Part shown: positions 35,463 through 46,357 of the stretch, one piece after another
Numbering within the stretch: position 1 is the first letter of the stretch
Layout: every line of letters begins with the position of its first letter
Source of the DNA: a bacterium HR10
Lineage (GTDB): Bacteria > Acidobacteriota > Blastocatellia > HR10
Assembly (NCBI GenBank): GCA_002923315.1
Contig: BEHM01000003.1
Coordinates: 34,029 to 98,028 of the forward strand
Length of the DNA stretch: 64,000 bases
Direction of reading: 5' to 3'
The notes under the pieces: model-generated
The model's input: only the letters and a program-made list of their open reading frames with translations
What the model was told of the DNA's origin: nothing
Database searches by the model: none
Program-made: the position numbers and the translations under genes

Positions 35463-35881
35463 CGTTTCGGAATGGCTCATGGCGGGCTCGCCTGACGGTC
35501 TTGGGCGTCTTCGCGCTCGGGGTGGCTCTGGGCGCCCTGGCGATGGAGTTTTATCAGCAGAGTGTCCGAGGACGGAGCTCCGCGGGGCCGCCGCCGCGCG
35601 GGGAGAGTGCGCGAGAACGGCATCTGCAGTATCTGGTCAAGGAGTTGGGGCTGACCCAGGAGCAGACCGAGCGCGTGCGACGCATTCTCGATGAGACGCG
35701 GCAGGAATTCCTGCAACTTCGGAATGAGATGCGGCCACGATTTGAGGAGATTCGTCGTCGCTCGCGCGAGCGATTGCGCGCCGTGCTGACGCCGGAGCAG
35801 CAGGCCAAATTTGATGAGCTGATGCGGCGCATGGATGAGGAGCGGGAACGCCATCGTCGAGATGAGCCAAAGGGGAAATGA
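35459..35881 (+). CDS. Spy/CpxP-like periplasmic helical protein
   Basis: N-terminal TM, ELGLTQEQ and VLTPEQQAKF (LTxxQ repeats). Confidence 0.8.
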   Translation: MTFRNGSWRARLTVLGVFALGVALGALAMEFYQQSVRGRSSAGPPPRGESARERHLQYLVKELGLTQEQTERVRRILDETRQEFLQLRNEMRPRFEEIRRRSRERLRAVLTPEQQAKFDELMRRMDEERERHRRDEPKGK

Positions 35882-35885
35882 GCCT

Positions 35886-37709
35886 ATGGTGTTGGAGAAG
35901 GTGAGAGCATTGGTGACGAAGAAGCGGATGGTGATCCTCGTGTTGGCCCTCGTGGTCGTCGTCGGCGGGATTCTCTCGCTGACGGTCTTCCGCCAGGGGG
36001 CGGCCGCGAGTGAGTTCTTCACCGCGCCTGTTGACCGCGGGCCCGTGCGCAACGTCGTGAACGCGACGGGGACGGTTCAAGCGGTCGTGACGGTTCAGGT
36101 GGGGAGTCAGGTCTCCGGGCAGATTCAAGCCCTCTACGCGGATTTCAACTCCGTCGTCAAGCGCGGGCAGCTGCTGGCGAAGATTGATCCGCGCAATTTC
36201 GAGGCGCAGCTCCTGAACGCGCGGGCGAATCTGGCGGCGGCCGAAGCACGGGTGCGCACCGTAGAAGCTGAGCTGAACACGCAACGGGCGAATTTGGCGG
36301 CGGCCCAGGCGAATCTGGAAGCCGCGCGCGTCGCCATGGAGAACGCCAATCTCATCCTGCGCCGCTATACGGAGCTGGCGCAAAGCGGCGTGCTCTCGCA
36401 GAACGAATACGACAACGCCAAGGCGAATGCCGATTCGGCGCGGGCTCGATACAATCAAGCGCTCGCGGCGGTCGAGCAGGTGCGGGCGCAGATTCGCGCC
36501 ACTGAGGCGCAACTGGAGCAGGCGAAGGCTCAGGTCGAGCAGGCGCGCGCGGAGGTCAATCGCGCTCAGGTCAATCTGGAGTACACGAACATCTATTCAC
36601 CGGTGGATGGGGTCGTCATCTCGCGCAATGTGGACGTCGGTCAGACGGTGGCGGCGAGCTTGCAAGCGCCCACGCTCTTTGTCATCGCCAACGATCTGAC
36701 GAAGATGCAGGTCCATGCGAATGTGGATGAGGCGGACATCGGGAAGATCTCCGAGGCCGTGGACGTGCGCTTCACCGTGGACGCGTATCCCAACGACACG
36801 TTCGTCGGGCGAATTCAGGAGATTCGGCTGAACCCGCAGACGGTGCAGAATGTGGTGACCTACAGCGTGATCATCGCCGTGGACAATCCCGACCTGAAGC
36901 TCAAGCCGGGGATGACGGCCAATATCACCATCACGGTGGATCAGCGGGAGAACGTCTTGCGCGTGCCGAATGCGGCGCTCCGCTATGTGCCGCCGGGCGT
37001 CACGCGAGAGCGGGTGATGGAGCTCTTGCGGCAGGGGCCGCCGCTTCGACCGCCTCAATCTACTGAGCAGAAGCGAGCCGAGTCTTCATCGGCGCCTTCG
37101 GGTCGTGCTGAGCAGGCGTCGGGCGCGCGTCCTCAGGGGGCGCGGGAGCCGAGTCGGGCTTCGGTGGAGATCCCCGGGCTTTCGCCGGAAGCCGCGGCTT
37201 TGCTCCGGCAATTGCGCGATCCGAATTTGGCGCCCGAGGAGCGGCGCGCGCTCCTGGAGAAGATGCGCGCGTTGCCCGAAGCCGAGCGGCAGAAGATTCG
37301 TGAGAGTTTCCAGCGCTTTCGTGGCGCGGGTGAAGGGCCCTCGTTGGCTTCGGCTCAACCGAGGGGCTCGCGCGGCCCGACTCCTTCGGTGACGCTGGCG
37401 CCGGGGCAATTGTGGGATCCGGCGGAGAAGCTGCGCTTCCCGGCACCGCGCGAGACCAGTCGCGTTCGTCCGGCCATCGTCTGGGTGCTCACGGCGCAGA
37501 AGAAGCCCGAGCCGCGGCGGGTCCTGCTGGGCATCACCGACGGGGTCTACACGGAAGTCGTCACGGGGGAGGTGAAGGAGGGGGATCAGGTCATCATCGG
37601 CGATACGTCGCAGGCGCCCGCGCAGCAGTCGAGTGGCCCGCCATCGCCCTTTGGTCGGCCTGGGGGATTCGGTCCGCCGCGGCCGGCCGGTGGCGGCATG
37701 CGCCGGTGA
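35886..37709 (+). CDS. MacA-like periplasmic adaptor (HlyD family)
   Basis: NATGTV..VGSQVSG..DFNSVVKRGQLLA, SPVDGVV, LKPGMTA; long Pro/Gly-rich and helical insertion. Confidence 0.9.
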   Translation: MVLEKVRALVTKKRMVILVLALVVVVGGILSLTVFRQGAAASEFFTAPVDRGPVRNVVNATGTVQAVVTVQVGSQVSGQIQALYADFNSVVKRGQLLAKIDPRNFEAQLLNARANLAAAEARVRTVEAELNTQRANLAAAQANLEAARVAMENANLILRRYTELAQSGVLSQNEYDNAKANADSARARYNQALAAVEQVRAQIRATEAQLEQAKAQVEQARAEVNRAQVNLEYTNIYSPVDGVVISRNVDVGQTVAASLQAPTLFVIANDLTKMQVHANVDEADIGKISEAVDVRFTVDAYPNDTFVGRIQEIRLNPQTVQNVVTYSVIIAVDNPDLKLKPGMTANITITVDQRENVLRVPNAALRYVPPGVTRERVMELLRQGPPLRPPQSTEQKRAESSSAPSGRAEQASGARPQGAREPSRASVEIPGLSPEAAALLRQLRDPNLAPEERRALLEKMRALPEAERQKIRESFQRFRGAGEGPSLASAQPRGSRGPTPSVTLAPGQLWDPAEKLRFPAPRETSRVRPAIVWVLTAQKKPEPRRVLLGITDGVYTEVVTGEVKEGDQVIIGDTSQAPAQQSSGPPSPFGRPGGFGPPRPAGGGMRR

Positions 37710-37766
37710 ACGAGTGATGGGGATGTTCGCACGGGACGTCGCTGGGGCTCTCGTGAAGTCACCTTC

Positions 37767-38660
<894 letters not shown>

Positions 38661-39888
38661 GCTGCGCTCGACGCTCACGATGCTCGGCATCATCATTGGC
38701 GTCGGGGCCGTCATCGCCATGGTCTCCATCGGTCAGGGGGCGCAGGCGATGGTCAAGGACCAGATTCAGAGCATGGGGACCAATGTCATGTTCGTCTGGG
38801 CCGGGAGCCGGATGTGGGGAGGTGTGCGCTTGGGCGCGGGAGCGGCCGCCACGCTCACGGCCGAGGATGCGGAGGCGATCGAGCGCGAGATCCCGCTCGT
38901 GCGGGCGGCCTCTCCGATCGTGCGGGCCTCGGCGCAGGTCGTCTTCGGGAATCAGAACTGGTTCACCTCGATCCAGGGGACCAATGAGAAGTTCCCAACG
39001 ATTCGAAATTGGCCCGTGCGGGAAGGCGAGTTCTTCAACGAGGGTGATGTGCGCGCCGCCGCGCGCGTCGTCGTGCTCGGCAAGACCGTGGTGGACAATC
39101 TCTTTCAAGGCCTCAGTCCGGTCGGACAGACCATTCGCATCCGCAATCTGCCCTTCCGCGTGATCGGCGTCCTCGCTCCGAAAGGGCAATCCGTGATGGG
39201 GCAGGATCAGGATGACATCATCGTCATGCCCTACACGACGGTGCAGAAGAAGCTGCTTGGACAGCAGATCCTCTCGGTCAATGCCATCATGATCTCCTTC
39301 GTCTCGCCCACGGCGGCGACGGTGGGTGAGCAGCAAGTGGCCGAATTGCTGCGACAACGCCATAAGACGCCTCCCGGGCAGGACGATTTCATGGTTCGGA
39401 ATATGACGGAGATCGCCGAGGCGGCCGAGCAGACCAATCGCGTGATGACCCTGCTGTTGGGCAGCATCGCTGCCGTCTCGCTCATTGTCGGGGGCATCGG
39501 CATCATGAACATCATGCTCGTGTCGGTGACCGAGCGCACGCGCGAGATCGGCATCCGTATGGCCGTCGGCGCGCGCCCTGGTCATATTCGCATGCAGTTT
39601 CTGACCGAATCGGTGGTCCTCTGCCTGATGGGAGGGATTCTCGGGCTTCTTCTGGGCGTCGGACTCTCGGTGGGCATCTCGCGCGTGCTCGGCTGGCCGA
39701 CGCTCGTCTCGCCGCTCTCGATGGTCATCTCATTTGGCTTCGCGGCGGCCGTGGGCATCTTCTTCGGATATTACCCGGCGCATAAGGCCGCTTCGCTCGA
39801 TCCCATTGAGGCGTTGCGCTACGAATGAGATGGGGGCTGGGGTTCTGGACGAGGGACCCCAGCGAGATCCCCCCGAGGGCAGAAGCAA

Positions 39889-40338
39889 GTGCGAGCTGTT
39901 GTCCAACGTGTCGCGTGCGCGCGCGTGCGCGTCGGTGGCCGCGTGGTCGGAGAGATCGGGCGCGGCCTTCTCGTCCTGCTTGGCGTCGGCCGGGAGGATA
40001 CGGAGGCCGACGCGGATTACCTCGCCGAGAAGATCGTCCACCTGCGCATCTTCGAGGACGACGCGGGGAAGATGAACCGTTCGCTTCTGGACATCGGCGG
40101 AGAGATGCTTGTGGTCTCGCAATTCACTCTTTACGGAGACTGTCGGCGAGGCCGACGTCCCTCGTACTCCGATGCTGCCCCACTGGAGCGAGCGCGCGCG
40201 CTCTATGAGTACTTCATCGAGAAGGCCCGCCAGTATGGCCCGCGCGTGGAGACCGGGATCTTTCAGGAGATGATGGACGTCGAGCTGGTGAACGCCGGTC
40301 CGGTCACCCTGCTTCTGGATAGCCGCAAGCAGTTTTGA
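39889..40338 (+). CDS. dtd: D-aminoacyl-tRNA deacylase
   Basis: [21 protein letters not shown]. Confidence 0.96.
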   Translation: MRAVVQRVACARVRVGGRVVGEIGRGLLVLLGVGREDTEADADYLAEKIVHLRIFEDDAGKMNRSLLDIGGEMLVVSQFTLYGDCRRGRRPSYSDAAPLERARALYEYFIEKARQYGPRVETGIFQEMMDVELVNAGPVTLLLDSRKQF

Positions 40339-40350
40339 GATCGCGCGCTC

Positions 40351-40764
40351 TCACCCGGTCTCCTTCTCCGAGCGGTGGTGCGCGCGCGAGAAGTGTTCAT
40401 GCACGATCCGCCAGTGACCGTTCTCTCGATGGAAGACGTGTGTGCCGCGTCCGTGAATCTCGCGCCGGTGCGCGCCATCGCTCAGGGTGACCGTCCAATA
40501 GAAGCTCACGACTGCCGTATCGCCGAACGCCTGAACGAGCGGCTCCGAGATTCGGTATTCGACGTGCTCCGCCTGTCGCAGATAGTACTCGAACGTCTCG
40601 CGCAGCGCCTCCAGTCCCCGGACGCGCTCGTGCCGCGTCGAGGAGAATCCCACGATCGCGGGGGAGAAGCTGGCGAGCGCGGCGGGGACATCCCGGCGAT
40701 TGAAGGCGGCGACCTGTTCCTCCTCTAAGGAGAGAAGCTCGCGTTCGAGGTCAGCGTCGGCCAT
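40351..40764 (-). CDS. NTF2/SnoaL-like (DUF4440-type) protein
   Basis: GDTAVV, RGTHVF..WRIVHEHFS; SD GGAGGGGG. Confidence 0.8.
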   Translation of the reverse strand: MADADLERELLSLEEEQVAAFNRRDVPAALASFSPAIVGFSSTRHERVRGLEALRETFEYYLRQAEHVEYRISEPLVQAFGDTAVVSFYWTVTLSDGAHRREIHGRGTHVFHRENGHWRIVHEHFSRAHHRSEKETG

Positions 40765-40959
40765 ATCCCCCCTCCGGTCACGAGTCTTCATCCGGCGATT
40801 GTTGTAGCACGAGATGCGAGTGGGAGGCAATCGCAGATCGCCCTTCGCTTCTCCGAGTGGAAGTGGTATACTCGAAGGCCCCTCGCGGGGGGCAACGCGC
40901 TTGGTCGGTGGCTCATCCAATTGGGCTCGGATGGGAAGGCCTCAGATCAAGGAGGGGAT

Positions 40960-41892
40960 ATGGCACGAAAGACACTCGATGAGATGCTTTTGGGAAGATC
41001 GCTTCCAAACGAACCTCAGGAGGGGGCATCGCCTGCGGAAGCGAGACGTCGCCTGTGGCCGCTTCTTGCTGGAGCCGTCCTGATCTTGGGCGTCGTGGGC
41101 GCCCTGCTCTATCTGATCTACGACCTGAGGGCGACGACGCGGCAACTGCGCGCTGAGCTGAACGAGACCAATCGGGACATGGAGGTGGTGCTCAAGCGTT
41201 TGGATGATGCTGACGCGCGCTATGCGAATTTGAAGGCGCAACTGGAGGTCACCACGGAGCACATCGGCATCACGGAGAAGGAGCTGCAGCGCGCGCGTGC
41301 TTTAGCCGCCGAGATCAAGCGGGAGCAAGAGCAGCGGGTCGCTGCGCTTCAAGCCGAGCTGGCGCGAAAAGCGGAGGCCGCGCAGCTCTCGGCCTTGCAG
41401 GAAGAACATGCGCGTCGGATCGGCGCGATCACCGGTGAGATCACGACCGTCAAGGGCGATGTCTCGGCCACGCGCCAGGAGGTGGAGCGCACCAAGCAAG
41501 AGATCGGGAGCATTCAACTGAAGCTCAGCGAGTATGGCACGCTCATCGCGCGCAATCGCGAGGAGCTTCAAGAGCTGCGGCGCCGCGGCGAGCGGGAGTA
41601 TTTCGAATTCGACATCACGAAGAAGAGCGGGTGGCAGCAGGTCGCCGATATTCGGATTCGGCTGACCAAGACCGATGTCAAAAGGCAGAAGTTCAACATC
41701 GCGCTCTACGTGGGCGATCGTCAAGTGGAGCGCAAGGATAATCTCATCAACACGCCCATCCAGTTTCGCGCCGAACGGGGGACGTCACCCTATGAGCTGG
41801 TCGTCAACGAGGTGAAGCCCGATCGCATCATTGGCTATCTGGCGGTGCCGAAGGATCGCGCGGCGGCCCTGCGCCCGGCGATCACGCGGTAG
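40960..41892 (+). CDS. Membrane-anchored coiled-coil protein with a C-terminal beta domain, function unknown
   Basis: One TM helix, long heptad region, GERxYFEF..ELVVNEV..IIGYLAVPK; strong SD. Confidence 0.75.
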   Translation: MARKTLDEMLLGRSLPNEPQEGASPAEARRRLWPLLAGAVLILGVVGALLYLIYDLRATTRQLRAELNETNRDMEVVLKRLDDADARYANLKAQLEVTTEHIGITEKELQRARALAAEIKREQEQRVAALQAELARKAEAAQLSALQEEHARRIGAITGEITTVKGDVSATRQEVERTKQEIGSIQLKLSEYGTLIARNREELQELRRRGEREYFEFDITKKSGWQQVADIRIRLTKTDVKRQKFNIALYVGDRQVERKDNLINTPIQFRAERGTSPYELVVNEVKPDRIIGYLAVPKDRAAALRPAITR

Positions 41893-41933
41893 CCGGACGC
41901 GAGGGCGCCATCGTGACAATTGCGGGGAGGGGA

Positions 41934-43733
41934 TCAGCCCCTCTCCGGTGGGAAGTATTCGGGCCAGCGTCGGTCCACCAGGCGCACGATGTCCTCCCTC
42001 ATCTCGAGGGGGCGCGGATATCCCTCCTTCCACGTCGCATCAATGGCCAGGCGCCCGCGATACAGGGGGCGCGCTCCGACCAAGCGCATCTCTTCGCACA
42101 GGAGATCGCGGGCGGGATCGAAGCGCGTGAAGATCCCCCACAAGAGATTCTCCTCATCCTCGAGTCGCACGTCGGGGCTGACGGCGATCAGCATCCTCAC
42201 GGGGCCCAGGGTCGGAGCGCGCACCAGGTCCTCCAGCACGGCGCGCGCTTCGCGCTCGATGGTGAGGACGAGTACCCCCCCGTCCAATACGCGATGCGCG
42301 AGGATGCGCCGATCGAGCGTTCGCGGATCGGTGACCTCGGTGGGTGGTGGGCTCTCTCGAATCCGCTCGCCCGTGGCGTCGAGGATGAGTTTGCCGCCGA
42401 CGTGGGGGACGAAGGAGGTGAAGTCGAGTGTGTCCAGCGGAGCCGTCGGCAGCAGCACCAGATGCTGCTGCGGATCGAAGCGAAACCACAGCTCGCGCAG
42501 CAGGGCCGGGAAGCTCCGGCAGTCCACATCCTCCCGCACCAGGATCATCACTTTCGTGAGGGCCAACTGTCCAAGTCCCAGCAGCGCGAAGGCCGTCTTG
42601 AGCGCTTCCTTCGGATGGCGCTCTCGAAGGGAGACGCCGAGCAGATTGTGGAATCCGGCTCCCGGAAACGCCCAAAGGTCCACGACGTTCGGATTGAGGA
42701 GCCGCACGAGCGGGCCGATCATCTCGTTGGCGGCGATGCCGAGGTACTTGTCCTCCTGAGGGGGCTTGCCCACGACCGTGGCCGGGTAGATCGCTCGGCG
42801 ACGACGCGTGATCCGGTGAATCTGAAAGACGGGGAAGGGAGCGGCTTCCGAATAGTGGCCGAAGTGATCGCCGAAGGGGCCTTCCATCTGGCGTTCGTAG
42901 GGGGGGACGATGCCTTCAAGGACGAACTCCGCATGAGCCGGAACAAGCAGCGGGATCGTGCGGGCTGGAACCAGGGGAATTGGTCGGCCACGCAAGAATC
43001 CGGCGAACGCGATTTCGTCAAAATCCTCCGGCAAGGGCAGGATGGCGGAGAGCATCAGTGCGGGATCGCCGCCCAGGATCACGGCCACGAGCAGCGGACG
43101 GCCCTCACGCTCGGCCTCCTCGTAATGCGCGCGACCCCCCTTGAGGCTTTGCCAGTGCATTCCCGTTCGATCGCGTTCGAAGACGTGCAGGCGGTAGAGG
43201 CCCAGATTTCGCCGATGCGTCTTCGGGTGTTCCGTGAGCACGAGCCCAAACGTGATGAAGCGTCCGCCGTCCTCCGGCCAGCATTTCAAGATCGGGAGCT
43301 TCCAGAGGTCCGGCTCCTCGAGGACCTCGTGTACGGGCGCGCGCCGCACGCGGCGCGGACGCATACTGAGCGCTCGACGAAGGAGGGCGCGCGAGCGCCA
43401 GAGGCCGCCGAGAGTCGGAGGATTCAGGTCTTCGAGCGCGCGAAGGAGTTCATCGCCGATCTCAGCCGGCTCTCGCCCCAAAGCCCATCGGATGCGCTCT
43501 GCCGTCCCGAAGAGATTGATGACGAGGGGAAAGGCGGCGCCTTTGGGGCGCTCGAACAGCAGCGCGGGACCACCCTCGCGAACTACGCGCTGCGCGATCT
43601 CGGTGACTTCGAGGACCGGGTCCACTTCGACGTGAACGCGGACGAGTTGTCCTCGTTGCTCCAGGAAGGCGAGAAACGCCCCCAGGTCCTCGAATCGGCC
43701 TCCTCTGTGATCCGAAGCACTCCGCCCGAACAT
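41934..43733 (-). CDS. UbiD-family decarboxylase (probable menaquinone futalosine-pathway type)
   Basis: VDPVLEVTEI, NLFGT, WPEDGG, RNLGLYR, EGPFGDHFGHY, VGKPPQED. Confidence 0.9.
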   Translation of the reverse strand: MFGRSASDHRGGRFEDLGAFLAFLEQRGQLVRVHVEVDPVLEVTEIAQRVVREGGPALLFERPKGAAFPLVINLFGTAERIRWALGREPAEIGDELLRALEDLNPPTLGGLWRSRALLRRALSMRPRRVRRAPVHEVLEEPDLWKLPILKCWPEDGGRFITFGLVLTEHPKTHRRNLGLYRLHVFERDRTGMHWQSLKGGRAHYEEAEREGRPLLVAVILGGDPALMLSAILPLPEDFDEIAFAGFLRGRPIPLVPARTIPLLVPAHAEFVLEGIVPPYERQMEGPFGDHFGHYSEAAPFPVFQIHRITRRRRAIYPATVVGKPPQEDKYLGIAANEMIGPLVRLLNPNVVDLWAFPGAGFHNLLGVSLRERHPKEALKTAFALLGLGQLALTKVMILVREDVDCRSFPALLRELWFRFDPQQHLVLLPTAPLDTLDFTSFVPHVGGKLILDATGERIRESPPPTEVTDPRTLDRRILAHRVLDGGVLVLTIEREARAVLEDLVRAPTLGPVRMLIAVSPDVRLEDEENLLWGIFTRFDPARDLLCEEMRLVGARPLYRGRLAIDATWKEGYPRPLEMREDIVRLVDRRWPEYFPPERG

Positions 43734-43941
43734 TCGGTCTCACAATGTACACGAGGGATCGGCTCAAGGGAAAGGGGCGGGAGGTTCTCTATGTGGGCGT
43801 CATCGAAGGCATTCGTGACCTCTCCCGCGTTGTCCCTCCTGCGGGTGAGGGAGCGCCCCAAACCTCCTCTTTACGGCGCACGGCGTTTGGCCTAGACTAG
43901 GGCGCATGCGAAGACGTGCGTGCGGGAAAGGAGGAAGCGGT

Positions 43942-46356
43942 ATGAGGTGGTCGCGGTGGATCGGAAGTGCGCTCGTTGGGATCTGCGTTCTCGTGAACCC
44001 GCTGTGGGGGACGTCGCTCCAGAGGCATCCGTCACAAGCGCCGACTCCTCCCGAGACACTGACCATCGAGGGGAAGAAGGCCTACATCGTCATTTTCAAT
44101 GAGCCGCCTCTTGTCCGGTACGAGGGTGGGGTTCGGGGGTTAGCGGCGACCAGCCTGCGCGTCGCGCCGCAGAATCGGCGCGAAGGGAAGCTCGACCTGC
44201 AATCACCGGCTTCGGCCAATTACCTGAGCTATCTCGAAGCTCGACAGACGGTTTTCGCCGAGCGGCTCCGGCAGCGCGTGCCCGAAGCGCAGTGGGGCTA
44301 TGCGTATCGCATCGTCCTGAACGGCGTGGTCGTGCTGATCCCCGAGGATCAGGTGGAGGAGGTCGCGCGATGGCCGGAGGTGGCGCGTCTGGCGCCCATT
44401 CGGCTGAATCGGTTGTTCGCAGAACCGATGACTCCACCACCGCTTGATGTGAGCAATCCTTTGATGGGCGCGCCGGCGCTGTGGGAGGCGGTCGGGGGGC
44501 CGGAGAACGCCGGACGGGGCATCAAGATCGGGATCATTGATAGCGGCGTGGACTTCAGCAACCCCATGTTCCATGACCCGACGCTTGTGCCGCCACCGGG
44601 ATTCCCCAAGGGCGATCTCGCGCTCGCCAACAGCAAGGTGATCGTGGCCAAGGTGATCCCGTCGCTGCAAGACCTCAACAACAAGAACATCAATCCGGGG
44701 CATTTCACGGCTCAGGATTTGGTTGGGCATGGGACGCATGTGGCGGCAGCGGCGGCGGGGAATTTCGTGGACCTGCGCGGAACACCCGGCGCACGGCCGG
44801 TGACCTTGAGCGGCGTCGCGCCCAAGGCGTTCATCGGGAGCTATCGGGTCTTCGCGCCGAATGCGGCGACCGACAACGTCGTCAAGGCCATTGAGGAGGC
44901 CGTCGCCGATGGGATGGATGTCATCAACATCAGCTTCGGCAGCATCTCGCTCGGCCCTTCGGAGGAGCCGGACCCGCAGGTGGAAGCCGTCGAGAACGCC
45001 GTCGCCGCAGGGGTCATCGTCTGCGTGGCGGCGGGCAATTTCGGTCCGGATCGTGCGTCCATCTCCTCGCCGGGGACGGCCCCGAGTGCCATCACTGTCG
45101 GCGCCGTGACCAATGCGCACGATGGGTTCACGCCGGGGCAACTGCGGGTCGTCCAGGTGACTTCGCCCGAGCCCCCGCCGAACTTCGTGCGGATCGTGGG
45201 CGTGCGCGCCAATCGGTTTCCGGACTCGCTGGTGGTGCCCGTCGTGGATGCTGATCTCCTCGATAATGGGCAATTGGATGGCGGCGGATATGGATGTCAG
45301 CTCCTCCCCTCGGCGCTCGTCCGGGATCGCGCGCTTCTGGTTCAGCGCGGCAATTGCCTGATCCTCACCAAGGCCTTCAACGCCTGGGTGAGCGGTGCCG
45401 CAGCGCTCATCATCTACAACAATCAGGAAGCGGGGGATGTGATTGACGCCGTTCCGCTGGCCGGGCAATTTCTGCCGACGCTCTTTCTGCCGCGTTCGAG
45501 CGGACTCGCGTTGAAGAACCTCGTGGCGACGAACGCGACCAATGGACGGGAGACGATCATCACGTTGACGCAGGCGAGCGAACCGCTCGTCTTTGAGCGG
45601 CAGCCGCATGTGTTGTTGGAGCAGAGCTCGCGGGGGCCGACGCCGACGCGCCTGCTGTTGATCAAGCCCGATCTGGTGACGATTGGGGGCGGCAGCTACG
45701 GTCCGGCCCAGGACGATGATCCGCGTGGCGAGAATCGGTTCCCGCGCCCCGATCCGGGGTCGCTACAGCCGACGTTGTACGATCCGAGCGGCTATGTCTT
45801 CACCTCGGGGACCAGCTTCGCCGCGCCGCGCGTGGCCGGAGCTGCTGCTCTGCTCAAGCAACTCCACCCGGATTGGTCGCCCGCGGATATCAAGGCCGCA
45901 TTGATGACGACGGCGGCGCGCCCGACGGGACCCAATGAGGTGGGATTGGCGCGCGTCATGGATCGCGGCGCGGGCCTGGTGGATCTGGAAGCTGCGCGGC
46001 GCGTGCTCACGCTTGTGGATCCGCCGAGCCACAGCTTCGGTTCGGTCGTCGTGGGGACGCCGACGACGCTCATTCGCGAGTTCGTGATCAAGAATCGCTC
46101 CCAATCGGCGACCACCTATACGGTTCAAGCAGCGCTGTCACCGCCGGCGCCTTCTTTCCTGAAAGTGGACGTCTCACCGACGCAGCTCACGGTGCCGGCC
46201 GGAGGAACGGGGACGTTCACCCTGAAGCTCACGATTGATGCCAGCTCGATCACCAGCCGCATTGACAGCGAGGGATTCGTGCTCATCGCCGATGGCGAAC
46301 AGACGACGCCACGGCCACTGTATGTCCCGTTCTGGATTCGGACAGCGCCGCGCTAG
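43942..46356 (+). CDS. Secreted S8 subtilase (Vpr-like; I9 propeptide, PA domain, C-terminal Fn3-like domain)
   Basis: Signal peptide; IIDSG, HGTHVA, SGTSFAAP catalytic triad; VQRGNC PA domain. Confidence 0.93.
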   Translation: MRWSRWIGSALVGICVLVNPLWGTSLQRHPSQAPTPPETLTIEGKKAYIVIFNEPPLVRYEGGVRGLAATSLRVAPQNRREGKLDLQSPASANYLSYLEARQTVFAERLRQRVPEAQWGYAYRIVLNGVVVLIPEDQVEEVARWPEVARLAPIRLNRLFAEPMTPPPLDVSNPLMGAPALWEAVGGPENAGRGIKIGIIDSGVDFSNPMFHDPTLVPPPGFPKGDLALANSKVIVAKVIPSLQDLNNKNINPGHFTAQDLVGHGTHVAAAAAGNFVDLRGTPGARPVTLSGVAPKAFIGSYRVFAPNAATDNVVKAIEEAVADGMDVINISFGSISLGPSEEPDPQVEAVENAVAAGVIVCVAAGNFGPDRASISSPGTAPSAITVGAVTNAHDGFTPGQLRVVQVTSPEPPPNFVRIVGVRANRFPDSLVVPVVDADLLDNGQLDGGGYGCQLLPSALVRDRALLVQRGNCLILTKAFNAWVSGAAALIIYNNQEAGDVIDAVPLAGQFLPTLFLPRSSGLALKNLVATNATNGRETIITLTQASEPLVFERQPHVLLEQSSRGPTPTRLLLIKPDLVTIGGGSYGPAQDDDPRGENRFPRPDPGSLQPTLYDPSGYVFTSGTSFAAPRVAGAAALLKQLHPDWSPADIKAALMTTAARPTGPNEVGLARVMDRGAGLVDLEAARRVLTLVDPPSHSFGSVVVGTPTTLIREFVIKNRSQSATTYTVQAALSPPAPSFLKVDVSPTQLTVPAGGTGTFTLKLTIDASSITSRIDSEGFVLIADGEQTTPRPLYVPFWIRTAPR

Positions 46357-46357
46357 C

